A DNA stretch of 64,000 bases from Camelus dromedarius (GCF_036321535.1 NC_087437.1:2976001-3040000), one strand, 5' to 3'; shown: positions 1-12,584, numbered from the stretch's first letter. Notes: generated by a model from the sequence alone, not told the origin. Program-made: numbers and translations.

Positions 1-353
1 TTCAAGGAATGAATCCTAAAGGAAGTCTTAAGAGACCCTTTGTACACATGCCCCTGCCGGCTTCTTTGCTTTAGTTCTTGTTCCTTGCCTCCCTTTTCTA
101 CCCCAGATAAAGTGGATTTCCCAGTCACCTGAGGGTCCTGGATCAGTTCATGGCTGCTTTGACTTGGAACCTTGGTCTGTGTTTTGTCCTTGTTTGGAAA
201 GCCTTTTGCTTTAACCTGCCTGGTCAATTTCTACAGTTTAGATGAAGATCAATGTCTTCAGCCTTTTCTATGGTAGAAAAGGATCAAGCCCACGGAGAAA
301 GGTGGTACAGAGGATGGAACTGATACAGGAAAAATGGGGTGCAAGAGGATGGT

Positions 354-837
354 TGTGGAGGTCTCTGGTGAGTCCTTGGGATGCATTCCCACCAAGTGAG
401 GGTCCTTGTCTTCACTCAGGAAAGAATTCAACAGCAAGCCATAGTAAAGTGAAGGCAGATTTATTCAGAGATATGCACACTCCATAGACAGAGTGCAGGC
501 CATCTCAGAAGGCGAGAGAGAGAGACCACGAGGTGCGAGGTTGTTAGTTTTTATGGGCTCGGTAACTTCATATGTGGGCAAGAGGGAGGGTTATTCCAAC
601 TACTTTGGGGAAGGGGCAGGGGTTCCCAGGAATTGGGCCACGGCCCCCTTTTTGACCTTTTATGGTCAGCCTAGGAACTGTCAAGGCCCCTGCAGGAGCG
701 CCATTTAACAGCTATTGTATTTCAGTGAGCCTATAATGAAGCTCAAGGACCACTGGGAGTTGAATCTTCCACCATCTTGGTGCTGATGGCTGCATCACCC
801 TTAACGGCTGTGCCCGGCCCCCTGCCCTCCTGTCTCA
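354..837 (-). mobile_element. Solo ERV1 LTR, MER41-like
   Basis: TG...CA termini (TGT at 354, TCA at 835-837). Minus-strand AATAAA (TTTATT 460-465) and TATA-like ATAAAAA (about 547-553). Blocks such as GAAAGAATTCA...AGTAAAGTGAAGGCAGATTTATT and CCCCTTTTTGACC resemble the recalled MER41 consensus. Confidence 0.75.
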
Positions 838-929
838 GAATGAGAGTCTTGAAATGAGCAAGTATGGAGAAGCATCTGACGGCACTCACTCACCAGGCAC
901 TCACTCATCATGTGGTTGTGACAAGAGCC

Positions 930-1140
930 AAGCAGGCCTGGATTTGAAACTCATCTCTGTAACTAATGAGCTATGTAGATTTTGACACGATACTTAATAT
1001 CCCTCAGCCTTAATTTGTTATCTATAAAAGAAGGGAGATACACATACTTACCTTATTGGATTGTTATGAGACCTAATTATGATAATATTGTTAAATTACT
1101 CAGCCAAGTTTCTAGCACACAGAATAGGCTCAAATATTAT
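930..1140 (+). mobile_element. MIR SINE (degenerate)
   Basis: MIR-like layout: ctggatttgaaac...cagccttaatttgttatctataaaa...ggattgttatgag...ctagcacacagaataggctc. Confidence 0.7.
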
Positions 1141-1434
1141 TTTCCTTTTCTCTCAATATCTAGTAACCTTTTCTCCAGGATAATGCAAAGCTGCTCTTCA
1201 GCCAAACTATAAAATAGGGTATAATTATTTGGGTACTGTTAATGTCCCATCTCCCCCATTTTGGCCCATTTGGCATATTGAAATGGATGACGGATAACTC
1301 TCTTTTTGTGAGTATATACGATGTTTCATTTCTTCTAGCCAGGACCTTGTCCTAAACTCTGTCTAAAGTAAACTGGAAAGAAACTTGTTTATCCAAAGAC
1401 ATTAGTAGAAAAGTGTCCAGGTAACTTTCTGAGG

Positions 1435-2110
1435 GTATAGTAGTTAGAAATACATTTGGTTGTTAGTAATAAAAAGCTGAAAATAGTGGCTCATATCAAC
1501 CGGTGGTTTTATCTTTCTCATAATAAAATTGTTGACGATGTGGTTGCCTTCAGGGTATCAGAGACCCAGGCTCCTTTCTCTTTCTGCTTAGCCTGCCTGG
1601 ACAGACGCTGGTTGCTTCCCGGTCATGTGATACCCAGCCCACCTTCACCTTCCAATAGAGAGGAGGGAGGGGCTGGGAGGGGCTAGGAGATAAAGGTACC
1701 AGCCAGCTGAGTCAGTATGTCCCTCCCTTTGAAGACTGTTATGGAAGCTGCTCTGGAACTTTTCATGACATCCCAATGGCTAGACCAGTGTGGAAAGCAG
1801 TGTGGAACTGTTCTGCACCCGAACTGCCCAACATGGTAGCTACCTGTGACTGTTAGATTTAAAAATGTGGCTAGTGTGGCCCAGGAAATGAATTTTTAAT
1901 TTTTCTTCATTTTAATAAATTCGAATTTAGGAAGTTACATGTGTTTAGTGGCTAGACCATTTGGCACATGACTACCCCAACTACAGGAAAGGCTGGATAA
2001 TGTGGGTTGGGGACTGACACATTGCCACCTCCCTCAAATTGTGCTTTTCTTAGTAAGGAAGCACAAACAAATAAAAACAATTATAGGCTAGGCAAATAGC
2101 GGTCTCCACC
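1435..2110. mobile_element. Old MaLR (MLT1-like) LTR remnant, interrupted by a MER3-like element
   Basis: Resembles MLT1 ends (tagttagaaatacatttggttgttagtaataaaaa...tggctca); highly diverged. Confidence 0.4.
1816..1968. mobile_element. MER3-like hAT-Charlie DNA transposon
   Basis: aaatgtggctagtgtg...gaaatgaatttttaattt...acatgtgtttagtggcta, typical of MER3/MER33. Confidence 0.6.
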
Positions 2111-4094
2111 ACAGGGTGACAGTTGCATGCTAACATTCCTTAAACTCAAAGGAAGGAGTCTTGCTGGGTTTATCACACACACAAGAAATGGTGCGGCAAG
2201 GCAGACATTATGTAGCTGAAAAGCAGAATCCCAGAGCTGGAGTTCAACTCAAACAGCTTCTTCTCACAGTGAGGAAACTGAGGCTTAGAGGGGTGACTGA
2301 GAGGCCGAATTAAGAGGTAAATGGGATAATCTACTCTGGAACACTAGAGAGCTGATTTAGTGTCCTTTAAAACATCACCCATGGTAAAATAGAAAATTGC
2401 AGGAAGAAATGCTCTCTGCCTGTGTGTGGTTTTTAAAATGCGATGAAGTAAAGCTCGAGGCATTTTGATGCCACCTATCGGTCGACAAAAGAATAAGGCA
2501 CCCTTGGTAGCTCGGCTTGTTATGAAGCTGTTAGAGGTACCAGAGGTCATGCAGGGTCTTCACACAGACCAACGACAGACAGTGGGAGATGCGATCCCTG
2601 CATTGGCTTGGGGTACACGTGTCAGTTCTATCTTGACTCTTAGCATCTTCGGAGGGCTTTCTCCACGGCTTTCCAGTAATAACAACTCATCTCAGGCATA
2701 CAGAGAAACACCAGAGGAAGACATATCAGTCAATTCTCAGAATCACATGAAATAGAAAAAGAAAAAAAGAACACACTTTGATCTATAAATAGCCCTGGGG
2801 GGAGATGCAAGGTTCTTTTTTGATCCAAAGCCTCAAAAATAAATCCTGTTATTTACAGCAGTCCCCTTGACTAGTTGAGGATGTAACCATCCTACAGCTC
2901 GAATGAAAAAAAGAAAGAAAGAGAGAAAACAGAAATTCAATTTCAAAACAAAATGCTCACCCTGACTCATTCAGAGAAGGATCCAAGGTTTCGAATGCAG
3001 GGCACTGACTCTCTGCCTGTTTTTCCCCTTTATCATCTGCCATCCTTAAAAAATGGTATCAACGGCACTGGTAAGAACCCACATTTCTTCCCTTTTGTTC
3101 CCTGGCTCCGTTCCAGCGTTGCACTTGTCACACTGGTGGGAGGGGTGCCTTTCAGATTGGCACAGGACAGTCAGCGGATGCCTCCCCTTATGTTACCAAA
3201 CAGAGACCCGGCAAGTGGATCTGCCCAGAGCTGGAGGATCCTCTGCGGCTTGGGAACCCCAGTGGCACCGCGACTCTGTGGCTTGGCTTTAGATCATTCT
3301 GACTATGGCTGTAGAACCCAGCAGCTCAGAATCCATGAAAAGGAGAATTGGAAGGAGGTGAGTGACACTAATCAGGGGGTTTTGATGTCACAGTTGTTGC
3401 AGGGACCCCGGCTGGTGAGCAACTGGTTGTGGGGGCAGTGACTGTGACCAGAGTTCATTAGCAGGTGATGTACCTTTGTTTGTAGAGACAGGCTGTGGGT
3501 TTCATAGCAGAGGTGGGAGGAAATTCTGCTTTAGGTGCCTGGCAGAGAGCCTGTTTGAATTTACCTTCAGTGTCATGCCTTGAGGAAAAAGAAAAATCCC
3601 AGTTTCTGGCAAAAGGCTGCACGTGTGTTCTGCACACTGGTTTGCGGGCAACTGTTTGTTTCTAATTAGGGAGCTGAAGCCTGCTGGCAGAGGAAACCAT
3701 ATTTGTCACAAGTTGTGGCGCTGTTTAGTTTGTGAGTCTGTGCCTTTAACACGGGGGCTAAAGATGGTTGTAGCGGGTTCCTCCCTGTGGTTCTGGCTCT
3801 GGTGCTCCTGCTCTGTGGTTCCTGGTTCTGTCACTCGTAGTTGTCCCTTCAGAGCCTGCTTCCATCCATACTCCCTGTCCTCCCTGTTAATAACTGTGTT
3901 CCCTGGTCTGGGCATTCTGGCCACCCAAACCTCAGGCTTTTTGTAGAGATGTTAAAACCTACTTGGGCAGAAAACTAAATAAATGGTCGATAGAGTGCTT
4001 GACAGATTGCCTGGAAACAGAACACGCTCAGCACACCTGAAAATAAGAAGTTTGTGTTAAATAGGCTCTAATGTCTTTTAAAAATTTTACTGTA

Positions 4095-4200
4095 AAAAAT
4101 GTTTATCGACGACCTGCTAAGTAACAGCATTGTGCTGGCACGGGGGTTACAATCACAAAGAAGATAAGGACATAGACTTGCCTTCATGGGACTTAAACTT
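4095..4200 (-). mobile_element. L2 3' end fragment
   Basis: tgtttatcgacgacctgctaagt...cattgtgctgg matches the reverse of the L2 tail. Confidence 0.45.
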
Positions 4201-5374
4201 CAGAGGACACAACCAACATGCAAGAAAATGCACAGTCGCATTCCCTAACCCTCACTTCATCTTCAAAAGTTCAATCCAGCTCAGACTTCAAGTTCATCTC
4301 CAAGGCTACCTCTTAATTGAACGGGAAAGGAATAGCTTCCGGCCTTCTGCTTTCGTCTTTAGTAAACATATGCTGACTCTGCCTACCCAGCATCCATCCT
4401 CCCTGTTCTGGTAGGAAGACACCTAATTTCCTTTGGGGAACCATAGTATGTCCCACTCGCAGCTGATGTGGGTCTGTGGGGCTCCCCTCGGGCTCCAGGG
4501 GTGTTACAGACCACCCCGCCCAAAACTCCCAGACACCGCGGAAAGCCTGGAGCACCAGTGAAATCCCACATCCCAAGGCCTCAGTGATTGTCTTGTGCTC
4601 AACCACATGACCCAAGTTTTCCGAATCCAAGTGAATCAAAGGAGCTTCAGTGTACAGACAGGCTGCCTAGGATTCTTTCCGTATTGTCTGTCCATATTAC
4701 ATGTAACATCCTCCATGTCATCCCAATGTCAGAGACAGTCTTTTCTGAACCTTATAGATTCTGAAGTCCAATTTGTGATTCTGACAACACCTGTGTGCTC
4801 TGTAGTTTATCTACTGTTGTGGAAACAATCGCAGACAACGCACAGTATATACTCCAGTGCTCATTTGTCTGAATTTGACTTTTAGTGAGTTTGGAACAGG
4901 AGGGCCATCCCTCCTTTCTAAAGTGCTTCCTAACATGTGGCAGTGGTTACCCCTTACATAAGACCGCATATTTATTTTTAAACACTGGTGCTCTCTAAGC
5001 ATTTATCTTACACTTGTTTGTGAAGTGCATGCACTCAGGAAGACATTATGGGATGCAAATTGCCCATTCCCTTCTTCACGAATCTATTTACTAAAAACAA
5101 TGAGCAGGCTCCCGCCCTAGGTCAGGCACTCTTGCAGACACCAAGGATAGGGAGGTGAGCGTCGCCCTCACCGTTTTTTGGTGGCTGGGGAGCATCCACC
5201 CAGAAAGTTTCCTGGAATGTGTGCAAAAAGAAGTAGCGCTCCCACCCTCTTCCAGGTATTCCCGCTGTACCCTGCAGTGAAGAGGCGGCCGCAGCCCTCG
5301 GGCAACGGAATGAAATGTGCCCAGGGACCCGGGGTGAGAGACGTCGTGGAGAAGGGACCCGCTTCCTGGGCCTC

Positions 5375-5437
5375 GGGGCGGGGCAGGGCGGGGCTCGGGG
5401 CGGGGCCGCGGGCGGGGGCGGGGCCGCGGGCGGGGCG
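5375..5437 (+). promoter_or_regulatory. Sp/KLF GC-box array (potential G-quadruplex)
   Basis: ggggcggggcagggcggggctcggggcggggccgcgggcgggggcggggccgcgggcggggcgg: several GGGCGG units and many G3-G5 runs. Confidence 0.8.
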
Positions 5438-5453
5438 GTGCTCTCCGCCGGGG

Positions 5454-5467
5454 CCCCCAGGGGGCGC
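5454..5467 (+). promoter_or_regulatory. CTCF core motif
   Basis: CCCCCAGGGGGCGC, one mismatch from CCACCAGGGGGCGC. Confidence 0.6.
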
Positions 5468-5479
5468 TCACGCAGCGGC

Positions 5480-5885
5480 TCTGAAGGAGCGTCTGGCTGC
5501 GGCCGTGCGCGCGGGTTTCGTCAGAAGGTGGAAGCTCTGTGAGGAGCGGCCGTCCCCGCGCCCCCTCCCGCGCCCCTCTCCCCGGCCCCTTCCACGCTAC
5601 TCCCGGAGTTGACTGGGAGCCGAGCTGCGGCCCCACGCCGTCCCCGCCCCGCCCCAGCGCCCGGAATGGAGCCCGGGGCCCCGGGGAGCACGCACTCCCG
5701 GCTCGGCGTCTCTTCCCTCTGCGGCCGCTAAACTGGCCTCGGAGCCCGAGGGGGGTGCGGCCCGACCCCGGCCCCACCGCACAGCTCCGGGCCCGCCGCC
5801 TCTCTGAAGCCGGAGTCGCGTCCCGGGGCGGGACCGAGCCGTCCGGGCTGCTTCCCTTCGCGCTCCTCGGGGCGGGCGCGCCCAG
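5480..5885 (+). other. Putative first exon, probably non-coding; start approximate
   Basis: Lies just downstream of the GC-box array and ends at the consensus donor CAG|GTGAGT (5885/5886). The TSS is inferred, not observed. Confidence 0.65.
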
Positions 5886-8800
5886 GTGAGTGGACGCCGG
5901 CCGGCCTCTCGCGTCCTCGGGCGCCGCGGCGGCGGCATCAACTTTTGAGGGGCGCTGGTTTGCGCTCCGAGCCGCTGGTGCGTCGTGGCCGCCGTGGTTG
6001 TGAGCGGTGGTGAGCGGCCGCTGCGAGCGTCGCCTTCGGTCGAGGGAACTCCATCCTTAGCCCCACTCGGGCGGGCGCGTGCGGGAGCCCGCGAGGGCCG
6101 GCCTGCAGGTCCTGGAGGGGAGGGCGTCGCCGGGTGAGAAATCGGACGGGGGTCAGAGTCCGGGCCGAAGTTGCGGCTCCCCCAGCTGACGGCGACACAA
6201 CTGTGGGGCTGTGGCGGTGTCCCGCCGCTGGACGGGCCGCGAGGTATGATGCAGCCGCTCGGCCTCCCAACCCCCCGCCCCACCCCCTCACAATGATATT
6301 TAATTGCGTCTGGGGCTCCCGGGCTTCAAACTCATCAGCAGGCTCGCGGGTCCCCTGATGGAGCCAAGTCCCTCTGTGCTCCTTCCTCCGTGAAATGGAG
6401 TAGCCGGGGGCAAGGGGCCTGGGGGTGGGACTACAGGGACCACCGAAGCGCTGGCCACAGCCGACTGAGGAGGTGGGAACCCCGTGGTGTCGCCGACCCC
6501 CGAAGATCCTTAGGGTGAAATCCAGGAGAACGATTAGGAGGTGGTCCACTCCGCAGCAAGTGAGTACTGTTCACCATCGGATGGGGGGCAGGCTAAACCC
6601 TGAGAAATATTCTTAGGAAGATGCATTCCTCCTTACTCTTGAAGGATTTGGGGGAGCTTCAAGAATCCAGCCCCCATTCTGCCCTCCAGATCCGGCCACG
6701 CCTCCCCCCCACCCCCGGCGGCCTTGCGAGCCTGGCTTCCAGTCCCAGAACTTGCCAGGCTCCAGGAAAAATCACGGGCTGCACAGAGGGTCCCTTGGGG
6801 CACGAGCTTAAGAGTGCAGCCCCGGGGTTCCGGAGGTGGAGGGGGAAAAGGTGGACTGAGCAGCGGGGTGGGTGCCCCACGAAACTTTGCACGAGAAGTA
6901 TCTGAGGGAAATACCCCCACCGTCCCCGCCCCGCTCCCCACCCCTTCAGCTGGCCCGCTGACGCCTTAGGATTTCAGTGCCTTTGGCAGGAGATGCCTCT
7001 GCTGCTTTACTCCTGTGTTAGGAACTATGCGAAGCCAACTCTTCATCTTGCTGTTTTGCCAGGATTTTTAAGGCACTGCTCTGCTTGGTCTTGGCTCACT
7101 TGGTTTTCAGTTCCCTCAACAGCATTTTTGAGCTGTCCAAGGTATTTTAAAGTGTTCTTCTTAAACTCAGACAAAGCCCTACTCTTTTGGAAAAATTACC
7201 TTGACTTCAAAGGAGATAATCTTACCCCCTCATTCCTTTCTTCTACTGCCCGCTTAACAACCCCTGTCTCAAAGACGTTTGTGATTTATTTTTTGCTTTA
7301 TGTCAAAACGACCTTCCCTCTGCGCACCTCCCCAACTTTCCTAGAACTTGGGTGTTTAAATCCATGACAGTGTTTTGTAGTTAGTAGACACTGGCTTAAA
7401 TGCATAGCAGCCCCCCCCCCCCCCCCGCCAAGAGCCAGAGGCAAGCAACAACTTTATTTATTTGATGCCCTTCAAGTTTAGGAAGGTCCCATTTTTATTA
7501 CCCAGCAGATAAGAGCTCTGGATGGTTATGGCTGTGATTAGATAAATTCTGATGTTTTCATTTCCCCTACTGAGCTGCTGCTTCTAGGTTCAGTTCATTT
7601 TATTGGCGGTCCATTTTTAAAGAAAGACTGACAAAGTTGCTCTGACAGATCGGGGGTCCGAGCTCAGAGTAGGTCAAAGGTACTCACACATGGGGAGGTG
7701 GATAAAAATAGAAGGAAGGTTGGAAAACACAGCAGGGGCACTTCTGTTAATAGTGCCCACCAATAGGAGCTCGAATCTCCTCATTTATCTCTGATGGGAA
7801 GATTCTGATGGCTTCACAGGATCAAACTCAAACCACATGAAAACTAGGTGATTTCCCCCAAGCATTACATAAAAGGAAGTGTCAGTCCATCGTAGGAGTG
7901 GATGTTGAATCCTGGGCAGTTTTTAATGGTTGGGTGAGAAGGGCTTGCCTTTGGTAATGGAACTGTGTGAAAACACTCGTGGGCACCACATCTGTACCTT
8001 TCCTGTGAGTGGTCAAACCCATGTCTATTCCTCCAGGCACACTCCCAGCAGGTGCACGTAGGGCCCAGAGAGCTTCCCAGCACACGACAGGCACTTTACT
8101 AGATCTTCTAACTATTTCTTTTAAAATAGTTGCTTTGAGGTTTGTGAGTTGTTTTTTAATTGTACTTTAAAGACTTCCTGCTCATCTCCAGGTCTCTGGT
8201 AGCAACATGGCAGGCATTCTGCTTGAACCACTGGTCTGTCTTAAGAAGTTCCTGATTTTTGAGGTTTTGATTAAAAAGTGTCTAGGATTACAGGGTTTCT
8301 TGATCTGCATGTGGCTGATTTAAAAATACCTCACTTCAGTTAGTAGGAAGCAAAGATGTTACCTGTTTTCAGACGAGTTTTATGTAGTATTCCCCAAAAT
8401 GGAAGCTTTGATTCTTCCCACCATCAGATGACTTGAGTCCACCACCATGACTGAAAACCTTTAGATGATACCGACTAGAAAGAATAGTCACAGAGAAAAA
8501 AGTGGGTTAATGTTGGAACCTCTATTCTCATCTGTAGTTGAATCTTTTGAAACCAAGCTGGATGTATTTGTATGGTTTGCACTTTAAATTTCTTATTTGA
8601 AGGTAAACATGTGGGAGGTGAGAGTTAGAATTGTATTGTGTAATCAAATGTCCCGCACTTTCCGAGGCGTCTCAGCCCAGAACAAAGAATGAGAAGAGGG
8701 GCTCTGATGATACCAACTCGACTGACTGGGAGAAGTCTCTGTACCATTTGGGAAAGTCACCTTATGAGAGGTTATATCTTTTTAATCAGAGATGTGACCA

Positions 8801-10599
8801 GAGGATCTGTATTTCATGCATTTTGAAGAGGAAAGGAGCAAAATTTGTTCTGTATATTTACTTTTTTCCATTTTTGTCTTGTTAATATTTTAAAAACAAG
8901 CAAAGCAAAACCCCTCTAGAGCCACACGGTAACCTGAAGTCTTATTTCCTTGGCAACAGTAGCCAATATACTGGAGTCACAAAATATCAAGACAGAAAAT
9001 TTTAAATGCACTTTAAATAAAATGTCACATGGTTCAAGACCATCCTGTGGTGCATTAGAACTGACCTTCCAGCACATAATGATAGAGTTAAATTTAACTC
9101 TCCCTTCTCCTGATGGAATGTAGATGGCAAAAACAGATTTACAGGACTTTGAATTCTTTTTATGATAGCCTAAAAATTCTATGATGGTTTTTCTTTTGAG
9201 GGAAGCAAATTCTCAATTCAGGGGGTTAGAGCTGCAGATCTGTTCTTTGAGTGAGGTGTTTCTGTGAAGATTGGTGATAAGGCCAAAATCAAGCTTAATA
9301 AATGAGCCAGGCAAGATGTGCTGTCTTGTCTATGCTGTTCAAAATAGACAATATATAGTAGGACCTCAGTTAGCATTAAATCCAACCAGTGGATATCTGC
9401 TAAAGCTTGTGACTACATAATAAAAACAGAGCAGTGCCTACATATACTTTTGCCTGTTCTGCACTGGAAATTTGATTTATGTGGGAGCTTTCTATTTAGT
9501 CTATGAGCTGCTAAATATATATGAAATATAGTATATGTTTACCCTAAGTTAACAAATGCTGGGAAGTCCTTTATTTGGCTGCTGTATTCTTGGGAAAGCC
9601 ACTTGAGAACCACTAACTTTTAACTCAGTAGATGTCGAAGGCCTGAAGTCAGGTCTCAGTGGCAGGTGGTGAGGATGACTTACTTAGGAAGGTTTATCCC
9701 TGCCCTGTGGTTTTGGTGCACCCCTAGGGGTAGAGGAGCCCATCCAACCTGGCCTGGGGTGGGCTCATCTCAACTGTGAACAACTTTATCACCTTGAATC
9801 TGTGACTCTCAGAACTGGAAGAGAGCTTGGGGATTATCTATTGACTACCTGTTTAATCTGACAGATGTGGAAACTGAGCCTCGGAGAGGTGACTTGGTCA
9901 AAATCAGGGAACTCACTCAGCAACCCTCTTGATTGCTCCCCTTACAAAGAGACTGAAGCTCCCTGGAGATAATCACTGTAGTTGCACCAATATCTGGCAC
10001 CATGTGCATTGATAATCTTATGCTGAGTCGGGGTAGTGGTGAACGGGACTTCCACATCCCCTGGGAGGAGCAGGCTTGAGTCTTAATTCTGTTGCTCTCT
10101 CTTGGAGCCAGTGAAATATTTACCCAATAGATGTGATTAAATTTGTACAAAGTCATTGTCTGCAGCCATCCCTGTGAATGTGCATGTTTTGTGAGGAGTT
10201 GCTCACGCACTGTCTTGGCTTTCTATTTTAAATACCACAATTGAGTCGATAAACGGGAGATTTTATGTCTCGACAGTTTGAGGAACCCACAGGGGAATCC
10301 CTTATTTTCTGTCTTAAATTAAAGGTCCATTCAAAAAAGAACAAACTTTCTGAAATGTTGTTTTTCCACCTCTGGCTCAGAACATAAGATTTATAACTTT
10401 ATTATATTTTTTATTACCTAGAAAACTAGAGATATTTTTCCTTGGAAACATCAGGAGAAAAAATACAGGATTTCAGGCTAATTCTAGAAAAAACCCTCTC
10501 AGGTTTAGGGTGTGTTGACCAAAAGACCTTCCTTATCCGAGAGATCCTAAGCCTCTGTTGGACAATTCATTGCGCTTGGGTGAGAGGAGGAGCAGGTCA

Positions 10600-11360
10600 G
10601 GCTGGCGGGTGTCCCAGGCGAGCGCAGCCTGAGGGACTGGGCGGCCGGAGGAAGGGCCGGAGAGTTGGCATTAGAGCGGACGGTCGCTAGAGGGCGCCGG
10701 AGCACCGGCGGAGGCCACCTGCGGCCCGGGCAGACCCCCAGGCTGGGAGGTGGGCTTGACCGAACCCCAAAGAGGGCGCCTGTGACTCTCCAGCCCAAAT
10801 CGCCTGGCTTCAGAGACAGGGCAGCATGCTTGCCTTCAGCACGCGATGGGGCTCTTCCAGTGCCTGGTCGGGGAGGGGCTCCCAGGGTTGCGCCTGCAGG
10901 CTGTGTGCGGTCCGCTTCCCTTCCTCTCTTGGGAGGCGGACCCCTGGCCCCGGGGATACTCGGTCTGAGTCTTGGGCCCACAGGTTCCAGGCCACAGGCC
11001 TGTGAGTGAGTTACCCCGCCGGCATGAGCGTTGGCATCTGGAGGATGGGGCAGGTAGCGCGGGGACTGTGGGATGTGTCGGTGTGTGGGCATCTTAGCTG
11101 GCAGGCAGTGCTCGGGCCTGTGGAGAGCTCCCCGCACTTCCTCCCCTCCCGTCCCCGCAGCCGTCCCTCAGCAGCAGGGTCTCCTTCTTCCATCTGACCA
11201 GCCGTCTAGATCACTGGCCTTCTGCCCATGGCTGTTAGGCGCGGGGGATGAAGGCTTGGTTCCGGCTTCTAAAGCTGCGGGCTGCAGGGAGGACGGGCAC
11301 GTGGGAAGGAGTGAAGGTGAGGGTCGCACAGACCTTGTGGGTAAGAGTAGGAGTCAGGCT
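10600..11360. promoter_or_regulatory. Second GC/CpG-enriched element (alternative promoter, insulator or enhancer)
   Basis: Local CpG retention; CTCF-like GTCGCTAGAGGGCGCC (10683-10698); kB-type GGGGAATCCC upstream (10292-10301). Confidence 0.6.
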
Positions 11361-12540
11361 TTGTCTTGGAGAACCTGGAAAATGGCCCCTCAGGTCCTTT
11401 ACACTCAAGTGTCCTTTCATCTCCCTGCATTTCAAGGAATCAGGGCCTGTGCAGGGTTGTTCTGAGGGAGGGAAAGAGAGGGTACCTCACTGAGTGTGCA
11501 CTTGGGTTTACAGAGATGCTTACCTGTTAATAGAGGTTCTGAAGTCCAGTCAGCTTACACTGCCCTCTGTATACTGATTCCATCAATATCGTAAGATAAA
11601 TGCCCATGTGATTGACTTAATCCATTGAAACAGGACAATGATTTTCAAAGGAAACATAATAGAAATACGACAACAGAACCCTTACCACTAACGGCTAGGC
11701 TGGAACAACCTAAATAAGGATTCTGTGTTTAAAATATGGAAAGATGTATTCAATACAAATATCAACAAAAAATGAAGAATAATAAGGGGAAGCGGTGAGG
11801 TTAAAAGAAAAGCCTTATTATCATTAAAGTGACAAAAAAGCATTTAGTTTACCAGCAGGCACTAGGGGTACAGGATGCCTGGTTTGATGTCTTTGTTATA
11901 TTTTGTACAGTAGTTTCAACAAGTAACTTAGAGAAAAAGATTCCAGTGACAAGATGGAAAATCACAGAGGCTGGTGCCTGAGATTGCGTTGATGTGAAAT
12001 CGAGGTTGGGCACCGCGGGTGTGAGAACATCTTACCTGGCCAGGTGGACTGCAGAGCTCCTGAGAAGTAGGGGTTGGAATTCTGTTGTAGGGGGGCCCCT
12101 TAGGTTCTGAAACTTGATTGATCATGAATCATGTTGGAGGAAAGGCCTGATCAGTAAATAGGTGGAAATCAAGGTGGAAATAGGTGATTTGGGGAGCCGT
12201 TGACAACATGGATCACAACTCAAGGCCTGACTGAATTTTGAAGAGAAGGGAAAACAGATGCTTCTTATGGAATTGGAGGATGTGAGGGCTGGATAGTCCC
12301 TTAAAATTAGGAACACCCCTTCCCATTTTCCGGATGACGAAACAGGCCAAGCTGGTTGGTGGTCTTGTCCTGACCCCACACTACACCCATCTCTCCTCCT
12401 ACTGCGTGCTTCATGAGAGCAGGCCTGACTTCCTGTCTTGTTCGCTGCTGAACCCCAAACGGGGACAGTCATCCAGCAGCAGCTCGAAAAATTATGACTG
12501 ACTGTCTGAACAATGCCGTTTCTTTCTCACTCTTATTCAG

Positions 12541-12584
12541 GTACGTGCCAAGAAACCACTAGGTTGCAGCGTGATTGGATAAAG
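12541..12584 (+). other. Candidate 44-nt 5'UTR exon / recursive-splicing exon
   Basis: Acceptor tttctttctcactcttattcag| and donor AAG|GTGAAT; the exon itself begins with GTACGT. Confidence 0.5.

Larger units (their letters stand above)
5270..6960. promoter_or_regulatory. CpG island / promoter of an unidentified gene
   Basis: Very high GC and dense unmutated CpG compared with CpG-depleted flanks; tandem GGGCGG boxes at 5375-5437; splice donors within the island. Confidence 0.95.

Noticed and set aside
2890..2965. Minus-strand donor/acceptor pair suggesting a divergent antisense transcript
   Set aside because: The implied intron is only about 65-70 nt and there is no other support.
5091..6969. 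Long overlapping ORFs (up to 228 aa) on both strands
   Set aside because: Pro/Arg/Gly/Ala-rich translations are expected from stop-poor CpG-island DNA; no recognisable domain, and many have non-ATG starts.
7411..7426. Poly-C16 (also G13 at about 19657 and C13 at 30211)
   Set aside because: Simple homopolymers with no context suggesting function, and their lengths are error-prone.
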